A DNA stretch of 64,000 nt from Candidatus Pacearchaeota archaeon CG1_02_39_14 (GCA_001872315.1 MNVZ01000010.1:1057-65056); one strand, 5' to 3'. Counted from the stretch's first letter, positions 1-9,804 are shown. Notes: generated by a model not told the origin, from the sequence alone. Made by a program: numbers and translations.

Positions 1-16
1 TTTTACAACGAAAAAA

Positions 17-502
17 ATGAAAAGCAATTTAATTGTGATAAAAAAATCAATAATGCACGGAAAAGGAGCATTTGCAAAAACAGAAATTAAAGAAAAAACA
101 AGAATTATAGAGTATATAGGAAAGAAAGTTACAAAGAAAAGAGGGGATAAAATATATCTGGAGCAGGTAAAAAAAGCTGAAAAAGAGGGAATCCCGGTGA
201 CTACGTACCTTTTTTCAGTAAGCAAAAAATATGATATAGACGGGGATGTTTCATGGAATTCTGCAAAGTACATAAACCACTCATGCAACCCAAACTGTGA
301 AGTTGTTAATGAAGATGGGCACATATGGATAATATCAAAAGAAGATATTAAAAAAGGTGAAGAGATTACTTACGATTATGGATTCCCACTCATTAACTAC
401 AAAGACCATAAATGCAGATGTGGCTCCGAAAGCTGTATGGGTTACATTCTGTCTAAGAGAAGCAGAAAATGGCTGGAAAAAAGATTAACAAAAAGAAAGT
501 AG
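17..502 (+). CDS. SET-domain protein (putative protein lysine methyltransferase)
   Basis: 161 aa ORF with SET signature motifs NHSCNPN and GEEITYDY, followed by a Cys-rich post-SET-like CRCGSESC. Small size resembles archaeal, viral and bacterial mini-SET proteins. 3' end overlaps mnmA by 34 nt. Confidence 0.7.
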   Translation: MKSNLIVIKKSIMHGKGAFAKTEIKEKTRIIEYIGKKVTKKRGDKIYLEQVKKAEKEGIPVTTYLFSVSKKYDIDGDVSWNSAKYINHSCNPNCEVVNEDGHIWIISKEDIKKGEEITYDYGFPLINYKDHKCRCGSESCMGYILSKRSRKWLEKRLTKRK

Positions 503-1575
503 TGCTTGGCTTATCAGGGGGGGTTGATTCAGCCGTTGCTGCGCTTCTTCTAAAAAAGCAGGGTTACGAAGTAATAGGAGCATTCATGAAAAATTTTTCT
601 GACACAAAAAACAAGCTGACAGGAGAATGTTCTTGGAGAGAAGAAAAAAGAATGGCTCAAAAAGTTGCAAGCCATCTAAAAATCCCGCTGAAAGTTTTTG
701 ACTTTGAAAAAGAATATAGAAAATATGTCATAAATCCTATGTATAATGATTACAAAAGGGGATTGACACCAAATCCCGACGCTCTTTGCAATAAGGTAAT
801 TAAATTTCCGTTGTTCTGGAAAAAAGCCAAAAGAATGGGTGCTGATTGCATGGCCATGGGGCACTATATAAAAAAGAAAAAATCAAAGCAGGGATTCACC
901 TTGAGTTTAAATAAAGACGCCGAAAAAGACCAGTCATATTTTCTTTGGCAGCTTACGCAGGAAGATTTGAAACACACCCTGTTCCCAATAGGGGATTACA
1001 CAAAAGAACAGGTGAGAGAAATAGCAAGAAAAAATAATCTCCCAAACGCGGACAAAAAAGGAACAGTAGGGATTTGTTTCGTCGGAAAAATTGATATGAT
1101 TGAATTTCTAGTCAGAAAAATAAAGCAAAAGCCAGGAAAAATAAAAGATCCAGAAGGAAATATTATAGGAAAACATAATGGAATTGCATATTACACTATA
1201 GGGCAGAGAGCTCCAGACAACAAATACTTCCAGATAAGTGCAAAATATAGAAACTCACAGAAAGAGAAAATTTACATAATAGAGAAAGACATAAGGACAA
1301 ATACTCTTGTTGTTGCCCCAAAGGGCCATCCTTCATCATTCAGAAAATCTTTCAGGATAATAAATGCAAATTTTATCAATCCAGTTAAATTCCCACTAAA
1401 AGATATAATGATAAGAATCCGGCATTTAGGGGATTTTCACAAGGCAGATATAAGAAAACAAGGAAACAGAATTACCTGCATCCTCAAGAATCCGCTTTCG
1501 GGTATAGCCCCTGGACAATCAGCAGTAATTTACCATAATTCAAAAATGCTGGGCGGTGGAGAAATTAGACTTTAG
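469..1575 (+). CDS. mnmA: tRNA-specific 2-thiouridylase MnmA (bacterial-type PP-loop ATPase)
   Basis: 368 aa. N-terminal PP-loop VVLGLSGGVDSAVAA. Overall MnmA/TrmU architecture with conserved Cys residues and a C-terminal beta-barrel region. Confidence 0.8.
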   Translation: MAGKKINKKKVVLGLSGGVDSAVAALLLKKQGYEVIGAFMKNFSDTKNKLTGECSWREEKRMAQKVASHLKIPLKVFDFEKEYRKYVINPMYNDYKRGLTPNPDALCNKVIKFPLFWKKAKRMGADCMAMGHYIKKKKSKQGFTLSLNKDAEKDQSYFLWQLTQEDLKHTLFPIGDYTKEQVREIARKNNLPNADKKGTVGICFVGKIDMIEFLVRKIKQKPGKIKDPEGNIIGKHNGIAYYTIGQRAPDNKYFQISAKYRNSQKEKIYIIEKDIRTNTLVVAPKGHPSSFRKSFRIINANFINPVKFPLKDIMIRIRHLGDFHKADIRKQGNRITCILKNPLSGIAPGQSAVIYHNSKMLGGGEIRL

Positions 1576-1611
1576 CAATACATTTTTATACAAATAATTG
1601 CTCTTATAGCC

Positions 1612-2172
1612 ATGAATCTTGACAAAGTCATAGATGAAAGGCGATCTGTAAGGGAATTTTCGGACAAGAAAGTGAAATGGGCTGATGTTCTTGAAGCAGT
1701 TGATTCAGCAAGAAAAGCCCCTCTGGCAGGGAATCATTGCAACTTTAAGTTCATTATAATAGAAGACAGTAAAAAAAAGAACAAACTTGCAGAAGTTGCA
1801 GAGCAATACTGGATTGCGGATGCGCCTATGATTGTTATAGTTTGCTCAGACGACGCTCCTCTTGAAAATATATACTATGACCGCGGAAAAATCTATGCAA
1901 GGCAGCAGGCAGGCGCAGCTATAGAAAACTTTCTTCTGAAAATAACTGATATGGGATTATCATGCTGCTGGGTTGGCGCATTCCCTGATGAAATAGTAAA
2001 ACAAATCCTGAAAATCCCTAATCATATACACGTTGAAGCGATTCTCCCTGTGGGATATGCAAAATTCAAAACGAAAGCGCCGAAAAAATCATCACTGGAA
2101 AAAATAATTAGCTGGGAGTCCTGGGGGACAAAGAAAAGGCCGACAGGAGTCAAAGACCCGAGAACGATGTGA
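1612..2172 (+). CDS. nitroreductase-family protein
   Basis: 186 aa. N-terminal ERRSVREF motif typical of the NADH-oxidase/nitroreductase fold. ATGA start/stop overlap with the downstream gene. Confidence 0.65.
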   Translation: MNLDKVIDERRSVREFSDKKVKWADVLEAVDSARKAPLAGNHCNFKFIIIEDSKKKNKLAEVAEQYWIADAPMIVIVCSDDAPLENIYYDRGKIYARQQAGAAIENFLLKITDMGLSCCWVGAFPDEIVKQILKIPNHIHVEAILPVGYAKFKTKAPKKSSLEKIISWESWGTKKRPTGVKDPRTM

Positions 2173-2492
2173 TTATGGAGAAAGGCAATCTATTCTCAAA
2201 AATCTCTGACAAGCTCCCTAAAGAGCTGTTCCAAATTTTAGCTTCTTCAAAGAACATTAAAATAGAAAGGATAGTATCAAAAGGGCACATAACTCCGGAA
2301 AACAAATGGTACAATCAGGAGAAAAACGAGTTTGTCCTTTTAATCAAAGGATATGCAGAAATCCTTTTCGCAGATAATAAGCTCGTAAGGATGAATGAAG
2401 GAGACTACATCAACATACCTTCCCATAAAGAGCACAGAGTTGTAAAAACAAGCAGTGAGGAAGAGACAATCTGGCTTGCAGTATTCTACTGA
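2169..2492 (+). CDS. cupin-domain protein
   Basis: 107 aa with a small beta-barrel-like sequence (GDYINIPSHKEHRV). Translationally coupled by a 4-nt overlap to the nitroreductase gene. Confidence 0.45.
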   Translation: MIMEKGNLFSKISDKLPKELFQILASSKNIKIERIVSKGHITPENKWYNQEKNEFVLLIKGYAEILFADNKLVRMNEGDYINIPSHKEHRVVKTSSEEETIWLAVFY

Positions 2493-2535
2493 AAATAAAA
2501 GGGACAGAAAAATAAATGTCCCCTGCTAAAAAAAT

Positions 2536-3615
2536 TTATCTAAAAACTTCAATGCCTAAGTCGGATATTTCAGACTTGTGAGGGGCCTTTTCTTCGTAAA
2601 CGTCCTTCCCAAGAATGTAAGGACTCTTTACTCCGGTCATTATTGTAATGACTCTGACTTTGTTTCCAAAGCCCTTGTCAATTCTGGCTCCAATAATGAC
2701 TTGTGCTTCTGGGCTCAAATTCTCAGTAACTAAGTGTCCGACTCCGGAAAATTCATCCAACTTAAAGTCCGAACCGCATGTTATGTGTATCAGTGCTCCA
2801 GTGGCTCCCCTATAATCAACATCCAGCAAAGGATGCGTCAGGGCCTGCCTTACAGCCTCTTCAACTCTGGATTGCGTATCTGCTTCTCCAACTCCGATAA
2901 CTGCCACGTCACCATTTCGCATGATAGATGAAACGTCAGCATAGTCAAGGTTAATCAATGAAGGCAGGGTAATTGTTTCCACGATTCCCTTAATCATTGT
3001 ACTGACCAGCTCGTTAGCTACCGCGAAAGCTTGTTCCATAGGCAGGTTACCAGCAATGTCAACAAGTCTATTGTTGTCAATAACAATAGCAGTGTCAACA
3101 ACTTCTCTAAGCTCCTGCAATCCAAATTCAGCCTTGTCAATTCTTGCTTTTTCACATTCAAAGGGCATTGTAACAACGCCAATAACAACAGATCCTGATT
3201 CTTTAGCAAGCTGTGCAACCACAGGAGCGCATCCTGTTCCGGTTCCACCTCCCATTCCAGCACATACGAAAACCATATCAGCATTGCCGACAGATTTCTT
3301 CAGCTCTGAAAGGGACTCTTTTGCAGCTTCTCTTCCTTTTGCAGGATATCCGCCGCATCCAAGACCTCTTGTCAACTCCTTACCGATGAGAATTTTCTCA
3401 TCAGCTTTGGTAATGCTCAAATGAAGAGCATCCGTGTTGACTCCAAATACAGTAGCTCCGTTGATTCCTTTGTTGAAAAGCCAAGTTATTGTGTTACAGC
3501 CGGCACCTCCACATCCAAAAACCTTGATGTTGGCCTTACCCGCTCTTAGCTCATCGAAGTTAATACTATGCGTTTCCGCATTTTGTATCGCTTCTTTTGC
3601 AAAATCTAGTACCAT
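2536..3615 (-). CDS. ftsZ: cell division protein FtsZ
   Basis: 359 aa. Tubulin/FtsZ GTP-binding signature GMGGGTGTG, N-terminal GCGGAGCN, and conserved NTD motif. Confidence 0.85.
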   Translation of the reverse strand: MVLDFAKEAIQNAETHSINFDELRAGKANIKVFGCGGAGCNTITWLFNKGINGATVFGVNTDALHLSITKADEKILIGKELTRGLGCGGYPAKGREAAKESLSELKKSVGNADMVFVCAGMGGGTGTGCAPVVAQLAKESGSVVIGVVTMPFECEKARIDKAEFGLQELREVVDTAIVIDNNRLVDIAGNLPMEQAFAVANELVSTMIKGIVETITLPSLINLDYADVSSIMRNGDVAVIGVGEADTQSRVEEAVRQALTHPLLDVDYRGATGALIHITCGSDFKLDEFSGVGHLVTENLSPEAQVIIGARIDKGFGNKVRVITIMTGVKSPYILGKDVYEEKAPHKSEISDLGIEVFR

Positions 3616-3734
3616 TTCTCTTTTTTTATACCTCCTTTCATCTATTTAAGAAATCCAGTTGATTTCTCTTTAAATATTTGACTATATTAAATCACAACAT
3701 AAGAACTTAAAAACCACAGAATCCTTTCTAAGAA

Positions 3735-4295
3735 ATGATAGCTCAGAGAGACGACCCCCTGGAGGACGAACAGCTGTTTAAAAGATACCAGAATGGGGAA
3801 AACAATGCCCTTGAAGTTCTTGCCTCAAAATATACTCCTCCTTTATTGGCATGTTTAAGGAGATTTGTAGGAGACTACGCAGAAGACTGCCTCCAAGAGA
3901 CATTTCTGAGAATACATGAAAAAAAGCATCAATTTGATCCAGATAAGTCAGAAGTATTAACCTGGTTTTATGTCATCGCCCGTAATGTTGCCAGGGACAC
4001 TCTAAGAAAAGAAAAAATAAGACCATTTTACGGCCTGACTTTAAATGAAAGGCTTACAGGCACAAGCCAGGACAACTCTGAAGAAGAAATATCAGAAATT
4101 ATTGAAAAAGATATCAAAAGGCTTCCTCCTAAATATCAGGATCTGATTAACATGGTATACTTTAGAGGTAACAGTCTGAGAAATATCTCAAGATCACTTA
4201 ACCTCCCTCTTGGAACAGTGAAAAGAAGGTTGAACCTAGCTCTAGCAGTTTTAAGAAAAAAGATGGACAAAAGCGTTTATCAGCCGGCTGCTTGA
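3735..4295 (+). CDS. ECF-type sigma-70 family RNA polymerase sigma factor (bacterial-type)
   Basis: 186 aa. Region 2 matches YQNGENNALEVL, AEDCLQETFLRIHEK and FDPDKSEVLTWFYVIARNVARDTLRKE. Region 4 matches LPPKYQDLINMVYFRGNSLRNISRSLNLPLGTVKRRLNLALAVLRKKM. Confidence 0.8.
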   Translation: MIAQRDDPLEDEQLFKRYQNGENNALEVLASKYTPPLLACLRRFVGDYAEDCLQETFLRIHEKKHQFDPDKSEVLTWFYVIARNVARDTLRKEKIRPFYGLTLNERLTGTSQDNSEEEISEIIEKDIKRLPPKYQDLINMVYFRGNSLRNISRSLNLPLGTVKRRLNLALAVLRKKMDKSVYQPAA

Positions 4296-5281
4296 TTTCT
4301 TGCAAAGCTTTCTGCAACTAAAATAGGAAAAAGTATTGTCGCGTCTCCAAAGACTTTCATGCTTTTTGCATTCTTCCTGATTTTCCCCCATGAAACGGCT
4401 TCTTCAGGCAATGCACCAGAGTCAGAAGCATCAAACTCCAGGGCTGTATTGATATAAACCGAGTAATCCAGGCCGTTCCTAAGCATGTTTGCATTCAAAA
4501 CCGCATGCTTCACAACGCCTGCGCCAAGAACAATCGCCCCTGATTTTTTCAGCCCGATTGTAAGATCATTAAACCTTTTCACATCTTCTGCAATGTCTAA
4601 AACAAAATCATCTCTCTTGAATTTAAAGAAATAGACATTATCCCCTAAAGCGCCATCGGTAATAGCAGGGCAATAAACTGGAATTTTGTTTTTCCATGCC
4701 CAGTAATATATACTTCTTTCATCATTTATTTTCTCCCCGAGTTTCAATATCAGCTCGGATGGAATAATTGCCTTTCCTTTAGATTCCTGATACAATTCCT
4801 CAAGAATAGGCTGTATCCACTTCTCAAATTCCACATACCTGTTATTTGAAACAAAAATATTTCCTATCCTATTTACTCCCTTCTCACGCAATTCCTTTCC
4901 TGAAGCCCTGAAATCCCCAAGATAAAAATCTCCAAGACACTTGATAAAGTCCTCTTCAATGCCTCCTGCAGTCGTCACAAGGGCGTTGACCTTATTATGC
5001 TTCACAAGCCATCTTATTATATCTCTATTCCCAGAGCTGATCATATTGCTTGTATACCCAAGAAAGATAAAGGCATCATCCTTAATCATATCATTCACAA
5101 CATCAATCGCTTTAGAAAATTCGCTCGCCTGTGCCCCCGAACTGGCAAAACTCTCAATAATCTTAGAATAATCAACTCCTTTATCAAAGTCATATCCCTC
5201 TATCCTAATCCCATTTATTTCAGCCGCACTTCTTAATAGGTTTTCTCTTGCACTCTTCTCATTCTCGTTTGCTTCATCCAT
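4280..5281 (-). CDS. dys: deoxyhypusine synthase
   Basis: 333 aa with overall DHS family similarity (NAD-binding GxxG region, ...TTAGGIEEDFIKC...). Confidence 0.8.
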   Translation of the reverse strand: MDEANENEKSARENLLRSAAEINGIRIEGYDFDKGVDYSKIIESFASSGAQASEFSKAIDVVNDMIKDDAFIFLGYTSNMISSGNRDIIRWLVKHNKVNALVTTAGGIEEDFIKCLGDFYLGDFRASGKELREKGVNRIGNIFVSNNRYVEFEKWIQPILEELYQESKGKAIIPSELILKLGEKINDERSIYYWAWKNKIPVYCPAITDGALGDNVYFFKFKRDDFVLDIAEDVKRFNDLTIGLKKSGAIVLGAGVVKHAVLNANMLRNGLDYSVYINTALEFDASDSGALPEEAVSWGKIRKNAKSMKVFGDATILFPILVAESFARNQAAG

Positions 5282-5311
5282 TAAAATTAGAAAAAAGGCC
5301 TATTTTTAAGG

Positions 5312-6358
5312 CTATCGCTGAAGCCCAATCCTCTTGGTGATTTCGGGGAGGTCTTTTTTCATAAAATAAGCTCCTGCTGCCTGCCTGTGCCCTCCTCCTC
5401 TTGCATTTTCCAGGCCTTGCAATAACTGTTTCAAAAATAATCCAAGATCAACATTTCCATCCTGCCTTCTGGCGCTTATTGAATATCCATTTTCTTTCTC
5501 ACTCAAAATCATTATGGTTTTATCAGGATATTTTGTGCTTATCATGGTACTAACAAGCCCTCCTACATTAAACCTAGGATTAAAGACAAAAAAGTAGCCT
5601 CCCTCAAATTCAATCCTTTTCTCTTCAAATTCATCCATCGCCCGTTCTACTTCCTTCTCTATCTTAGAGGAATGCTCCTTTAGGTCCCCTATGTCTCCGA
5701 ATGACTCCCCAATAGACTCAAACACTCTCTTCAAATTATCCCTGAAAAAGATTATTGCAAGTCCCAAGTCCCATTGTACCCTATAGATTTCTGATTTGCT
5801 GATATCATCATAAGCAAACCCAAGCTTGTTCATGTAACCCCCTGTCTGGATACCGTATTTTTCAAATATTGCTTTTATCCATTCTCTATTCTTAACATTG
5901 CAAAAATCAGCTATGCAGGCAGATGCAACAAGCCAGTCCAATTTTTCAATGTTCTGCACTTTATTGAAAAGAGAATAGCAAAAGTAAGCTGCACAATACC
6001 CTTCCTCTGCTTTCAGATGTGTGGTCTTATCAGAATTCCAGTCTTTTGAAGGATGATGGTCCAAAATAAGTATTTCTGCAAATGATTCCATAGCTTTCAG
6101 TATCTCTTCTCTTTCAACATACATATCAGAAATAATTATCTTCGTATATCCATCAATCTTCAGCTTTTCGGCGAGTTTCTCATCCACCTCATCATACTGC
6201 AAAATCTTAACATTATCCGCATTCACTACTGCATTCACAACCTTTGCGGAAGTTATTCCATCAAGGTCTACATGGCTTATCAGCACTATCTTGTCTTTCT
6301 CATCCAAATTCTTGATAAAATCAAAAAACCTTTTCTCATTTCCTATCTCAATATTCAT
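5312..6358 (-). CDS. DHH-DHHA1 family phosphoesterase (NrnA/RecJ-like)
   Basis: 348 aa with DHH motif (ILILDHHPS) and C-terminal DHHA1 GGGH motif (ARGGGHRQAAGA). Confidence 0.65.
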   Translation of the reverse strand: MNIEIGNEKRFFDFIKNLDEKDKIVLISHVDLDGITSAKVVNAVVNADNVKILQYDEVDEKLAEKLKIDGYTKIIISDMYVEREEILKAMESFAEILILDHHPSKDWNSDKTTHLKAEEGYCAAYFCYSLFNKVQNIEKLDWLVASACIADFCNVKNREWIKAIFEKYGIQTGGYMNKLGFAYDDISKSEIYRVQWDLGLAIIFFRDNLKRVFESIGESFGDIGDLKEHSSKIEKEVERAMDEFEEKRIEFEGGYFFVFNPRFNVGGLVSTMISTKYPDKTIMILSEKENGYSISARRQDGNVDLGLFLKQLLQGLENARGGGHRQAAGAYFMKKDLPEITKRIGLQR

Positions 6359-7023
6359 ATTTTCTCCAGTATCTCTGCTTTAACATTAACTTCATTGCAC
6401 AGTTCAACAAATTTCTCCGCATCTTTTTCACTTCCTATAACTCCTGCACCATAATGCATCGGTATCGCCAAATCGGGGCTTAGTATGCTTGCAGCTTCAG
6501 CTGCCTTTTCAGCATCCATCACATACTTCCCTGAAACAGGCAGCAATACAATAAACTGGTTCCCGTGTTTTCCGTATCCAGTAAGGTTTTTCATTTCAGG
6601 AATAAAATCGCTGTCTCCTGTATGGTAAACAACCGAACCTCCCATTTTCACCAGATAGCCCACCCATCCCTCTGATTTTGGATGATATTCTTTCCTCAAA
6701 TTATATGCGGGAATAGCTTCTATCTTTATTTCATCAAGGTCTATCTTCTCTCCTGCTTCAATAATCTGCAAGTCGATTCCTTGAATCTTCATCACCTTGC
6801 TCTGCGCATCAGCTGTGCAGACTACAACAGTCCCTGGCTCCGCAAGTTTCTCTATATCCTTTATTGAGCAATGGTCATAATGGCTGTGCGTAATAAGTAT
6901 CAAATCAGCCTTCTCCTGAAACTTTTCAGAAACGTTATATGGGTCTATAGCAATCCTTTTGCCGTTCCTTATAAAAAACCCTGAATGTCCTAAAAATAAT
7001 ATCTCTATCTCTCCTATCTTCAT
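6355..7023 (-). CDS. metal-dependent hydrolase, metallo-beta-lactamase fold (UPF0173-like)
   Basis: 222 aa with HxHxDH motif (ITHSHYDHCS). 4-nt overlap with the upstream DHH gene. Confidence 0.7.
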   Translation of the reverse strand: MKIGEIEILFLGHSGFFIRNGKRIAIDPYNVSEKFQEKADLILITHSHYDHCSIKDIEKLAEPGTVVVCTADAQSKVMKIQGIDLQIIEAGEKIDLDEIKIEAIPAYNLRKEYHPKSEGWVGYLVKMGGSVVYHTGDSDFIPEMKNLTGYGKHGNQFIVLLPVSGKYVMDAEKAAEAASILSPDLAIPMHYGAGVIGSEKDAEKFVELCNEVNVKAEILEKI

Positions 7024-7062
7024 CTTAAACCATATAAATCACGATTTTTAAAGTTATCCTGC

Positions 7063-7611
7063 CTAATATACAACCTGTTTCTCAATATCGCAATTTGCCT
7101 CAATCCAAGGCATATCAAAGTCCGAGATTTCTCTTCTTTTTTCATCAATTATGAAATATTGCCTCTCCTCTTCAGGCCCAACAGAAGGCATCTGGTTGTC
7201 AATCCATCCATCAGGACACTTTTGGATTAGACCGTTGACAACAATTTCAAAATTATAATTGCAATACCTTGTGTCATCCTCCTGGACAGGCTGCATTATT
7301 GGGGCAGGATCTACGCACATCGTCAGGCCACAGCCAAAGCACGCATAATCCTGCGTCTCTGAATTTCTCATCAATATAACTCCGTCCTCTCTCCAGTCAA
7401 TTTCTTCTACAAAGTTCATGCCATCAGCATTGCACTGCCTCGGATAGCTTTCCATAACAGGATATCCGGCTTCTGCACATTCTTCAAAACTTGTGATTTC
7501 CGTATTCTCTCCAAAGTCCTGCCATCCGTAATAGAAGACACCAAAAAGTAAGACAATCCCGATAAGCAAAAAAATCATGAGATAGTTTTTATTCTTCATC
7601 TTAACCCTCAA
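7063..7611 (-). CDS. secreted/membrane-anchored Cys-rich hypothetical protein
   Basis: 182 aa with an N-terminal hydrophobic anchor (LMIFLLIGIVLLFGVFYY) and multiple Cys in the ectodomain. Confidence 0.4.
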   Translation of the reverse strand: MRVKMKNKNYLMIFLLIGIVLLFGVFYYGWQDFGENTEITSFEECAEAGYPVMESYPRQCNADGMNFVEEIDWREDGVILMRNSETQDYACFGCGLTMCVDPAPIMQPVQEDDTRYCNYNFEIVVNGLIQKCPDGWIDNQMPSVGPEEERQYFIIDEKRREISDFDMPWIEANCDIEKQVVY

Positions 7612-9146
7612 TTAGGCCTTTCTCTAGAAGGCCATGGAACATTACAGGCAGGCATATATTCCGGCCTTGCATCAACATCAGATTCCTTTGCAGTAGGATT
7701 AAGAACAACATTGAAAGTGTGCTCAATATGTGGAGTAAAATCATTCCATTCCAATTCTCTCGATGCGACATCATTCATAAGTTTCATTATGCCATATTCA
7801 TCACTTTGGCCCCCATTAGGAGAAACCATTGGAACAGTAAGAAGTGAATTTGACAATCCGTGCACTCTAACTTCCCTATTACCCACTTTCTTATGTTCCC
7901 ATAATGTATAGATGTAAACATCCTCAATCTTGCCTATATATTGTGAATACCTATGTATGCTCTGGCATAAATTCAAAAGCTTAGCATCAAATCCAGGCTC
8001 ATTTTCTTCACCTAATCCTCCAACAGCAACTAAATCTTCCTTGTTAGTCACAGGCATTATAGCTAAATCCATATTAGGCCATCTATTCTGATAATGCTCT
8101 ATCAATTCCAAGGTGTCCCTACAGGTATCTCCATTCGTATAGGCTCCCCCAGGCTGATTGCAAGGATTAATATTATTATAATATGTAAGCCTGTAATCAA
8201 CATCTGCAATCTCCTCACTAAGTTCTACTATCTCGTTACCATCCCACCTTCTCGTGCTTGGACTTCCTGATTGTGGTACCATCGTGAGTTCTGCATTAGG
8301 ATGTCCATAAAGCAAATCTCCAATTCTCCATGCATTATACCATGTTCCAAAACTGCCTGCAGAGCTTCCAGCCATCATAATTCTTGCATTATCAAGGTCA
8401 AAGTCCTTATCTTCCAAAAGTTCAAAAGTCTTATCCAAGCCCGCCTCGACATTCAAAGCGCCTCTGTGTATTATCTTGATATATAGTTTGTCTATCTTTA
8501 TCTCACCGTTTTCCTCATGCGTCTCAACTCTTACATATGGATACTTTCTCTCAATCTGCTCAAGATTTATCTTATTATCATTCAGCAGCCTTTCATACAC
8601 ATTCACCATCTGTGTTTCCGAAGTGAAATCATACTCTATCGGCTCAGTCAATCGGCCTGAATGGAAGTCCTGGGTGCAATAAGGCAAGATTACCCAGTTT
8701 GCATCTTTCACAAAGCCATCATTGTCAGGATGGTCCATATAGATGAAACTCGCACCTTCTATAAGATTTTCAGGAGGGGATATAAGCCCAAGGGCAAAAC
8801 CGACATTTGTAGTAAATTCTCCATCACGGGTAATCATAGTGCTTCCGCCACCAGGCATCCATATCACCAGTCTGCTGTTTGGCTTTCCATCAATTTTCGC
8901 AGGCCCAGGAGAAAAGCCCATGACATACTGCTCTCCGTTTCCGCATTCAGCTCCCGGAACAGAGATGAGCTGCCATTCTCCTCTTTCCCCATCAATTATC
9001 CCTCCATTTCCTCCCCCTCCATTCCCATTTCCTCCGCCATTCCTTCCGATTTTAGTAAAAGCAAATCCCAAAATAAGCACAATAACTATCAGGGCAATAA
9101 CAACCACCATAACAAGATTCTTATTTTGCTCTCTCTTCATAGACAT
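7608..9146 (-). CDS. membrane-anchored secreted alpha/beta-hydrolase-like protein (pectin-acetylesterase/Notum-like features)
   Basis: 512 aa with an N-terminal TM helix, a Gly/Asn-rich linker (GGGNGNGGGGNGG), and motifs WMPGGGS and GxSxG (MMAGSSAGSFG). Confidence 0.45.
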   Translation of the reverse strand: MSMKREQNKNLVMVVVIALIVIVLILGFAFTKIGRNGGGNGNGGGGNGGIIDGERGEWQLISVPGAECGNGEQYVMGFSPGPAKIDGKPNSRLVIWMPGGGSTMITRDGEFTTNVGFALGLISPPENLIEGASFIYMDHPDNDGFVKDANWVILPYCTQDFHSGRLTEPIEYDFTSETQMVNVYERLLNDNKINLEQIERKYPYVRVETHEENGEIKIDKLYIKIIHRGALNVEAGLDKTFELLEDKDFDLDNARIMMAGSSAGSFGTWYNAWRIGDLLYGHPNAELTMVPQSGSPSTRRWDGNEIVELSEEIADVDYRLTYYNNINPCNQPGGAYTNGDTCRDTLELIEHYQNRWPNMDLAIMPVTNKEDLVAVGGLGEENEPGFDAKLLNLCQSIHRYSQYIGKIEDVYIYTLWEHKKVGNREVRVHGLSNSLLTVPMVSPNGGQSDEYGIMKLMNDVASRELEWNDFTPHIEHTFNVVLNPTAKESDVDARPEYMPACNVPWPSRERPN

Positions 9147-9411
9147 AATATCAAAAAGCGTTTTATGATTATAAATCTTTGCAGTATTGTTAGATTCGAC
9201 AATAATCGGATAACTATTTTACACACCAAAAAGCACCAATAAATATTATCCTGATGGTCAAAGTCCAGAGATTATAAAAGATTATTAATTTAGGTTAGTA
9301 AAACCATATCATAGGTGTAAACAATCATATCTTCCTTAGAACTCCCATAATCAACCACAATATCCTTTTCATTGACAATTATATCTCTTTTTTCAGATTT
9401 ATCATTTTAAT

Positions 9412-9786
9412 TTAGAATTTCTGGTCACCACAAAAGTATATCTTTTCATCAATAATCTTATTATCTTTCCAATGCTGGACATTAACTCTATAAATTATTT
9501 TTTTCACTCCTTCTTTATTTTCAATATTAATTGCCCATTCAGTCATAGAAATATTATCTTCTGTTCCTCCAAATGTAACTGAGTTTATTTCAGCATTGTT
9601 TAGTTTTTCTATTTCCTGAAGAAAGATAACCTCTCTTTTTCTATTTGCTTCTTTTCCATGGATAGGGGGATTCCCATTAACTTGCGTAATCACATCATCC
9701 CCATAATATTTCTCAAAAGCCTCCCTTATCTTACCTTCTCTGATTAAGGCATTTAATTTTTCTACATTATTTTTTAGTTTTGACAT
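9412..9786 (-). CDS. NTF2/SnoaL-like fold protein (tandem paralog 2)
   Basis: 124 aa, about 60% identical to the adjacent paralog. Conserved FEKYY, LQEIEKLN and IIDEKIYFCGDQKF blocks. Confidence 0.5.
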   Translation of the reverse strand: MSKLKNNVEKLNALIREGKIREAFEKYYGDDVITQVNGNPPIHGKEANRKREVIFLQEIEKLNNAEINSVTFGGTEDNISMTEWAINIENKEGVKKIIYRVNVQHWKDNKIIDEKIYFCGDQKF

Positions 9787-9804
9787 TTTATCGTGTTTAG
9801 GTTC

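Noticed and set aside
3018-3424. ORFs 3018-3284 (-) and 3056-3424 (+) inside ftsZ
   Set aside because: They are out-of-frame or antisense overlaps of the strongly supported FtsZ gene, with Leu- or Pro-rich shadow translations.
8661-9242. Plus-strand ORFs 8661-9242 and 8743-9168 (193 and 141 aa)
   Set aside because: They are entirely antisense to the well-supported 512-aa secreted hydrolase gene. They have a low-complexity Pro/Ser-rich translation typical of shadow frames.
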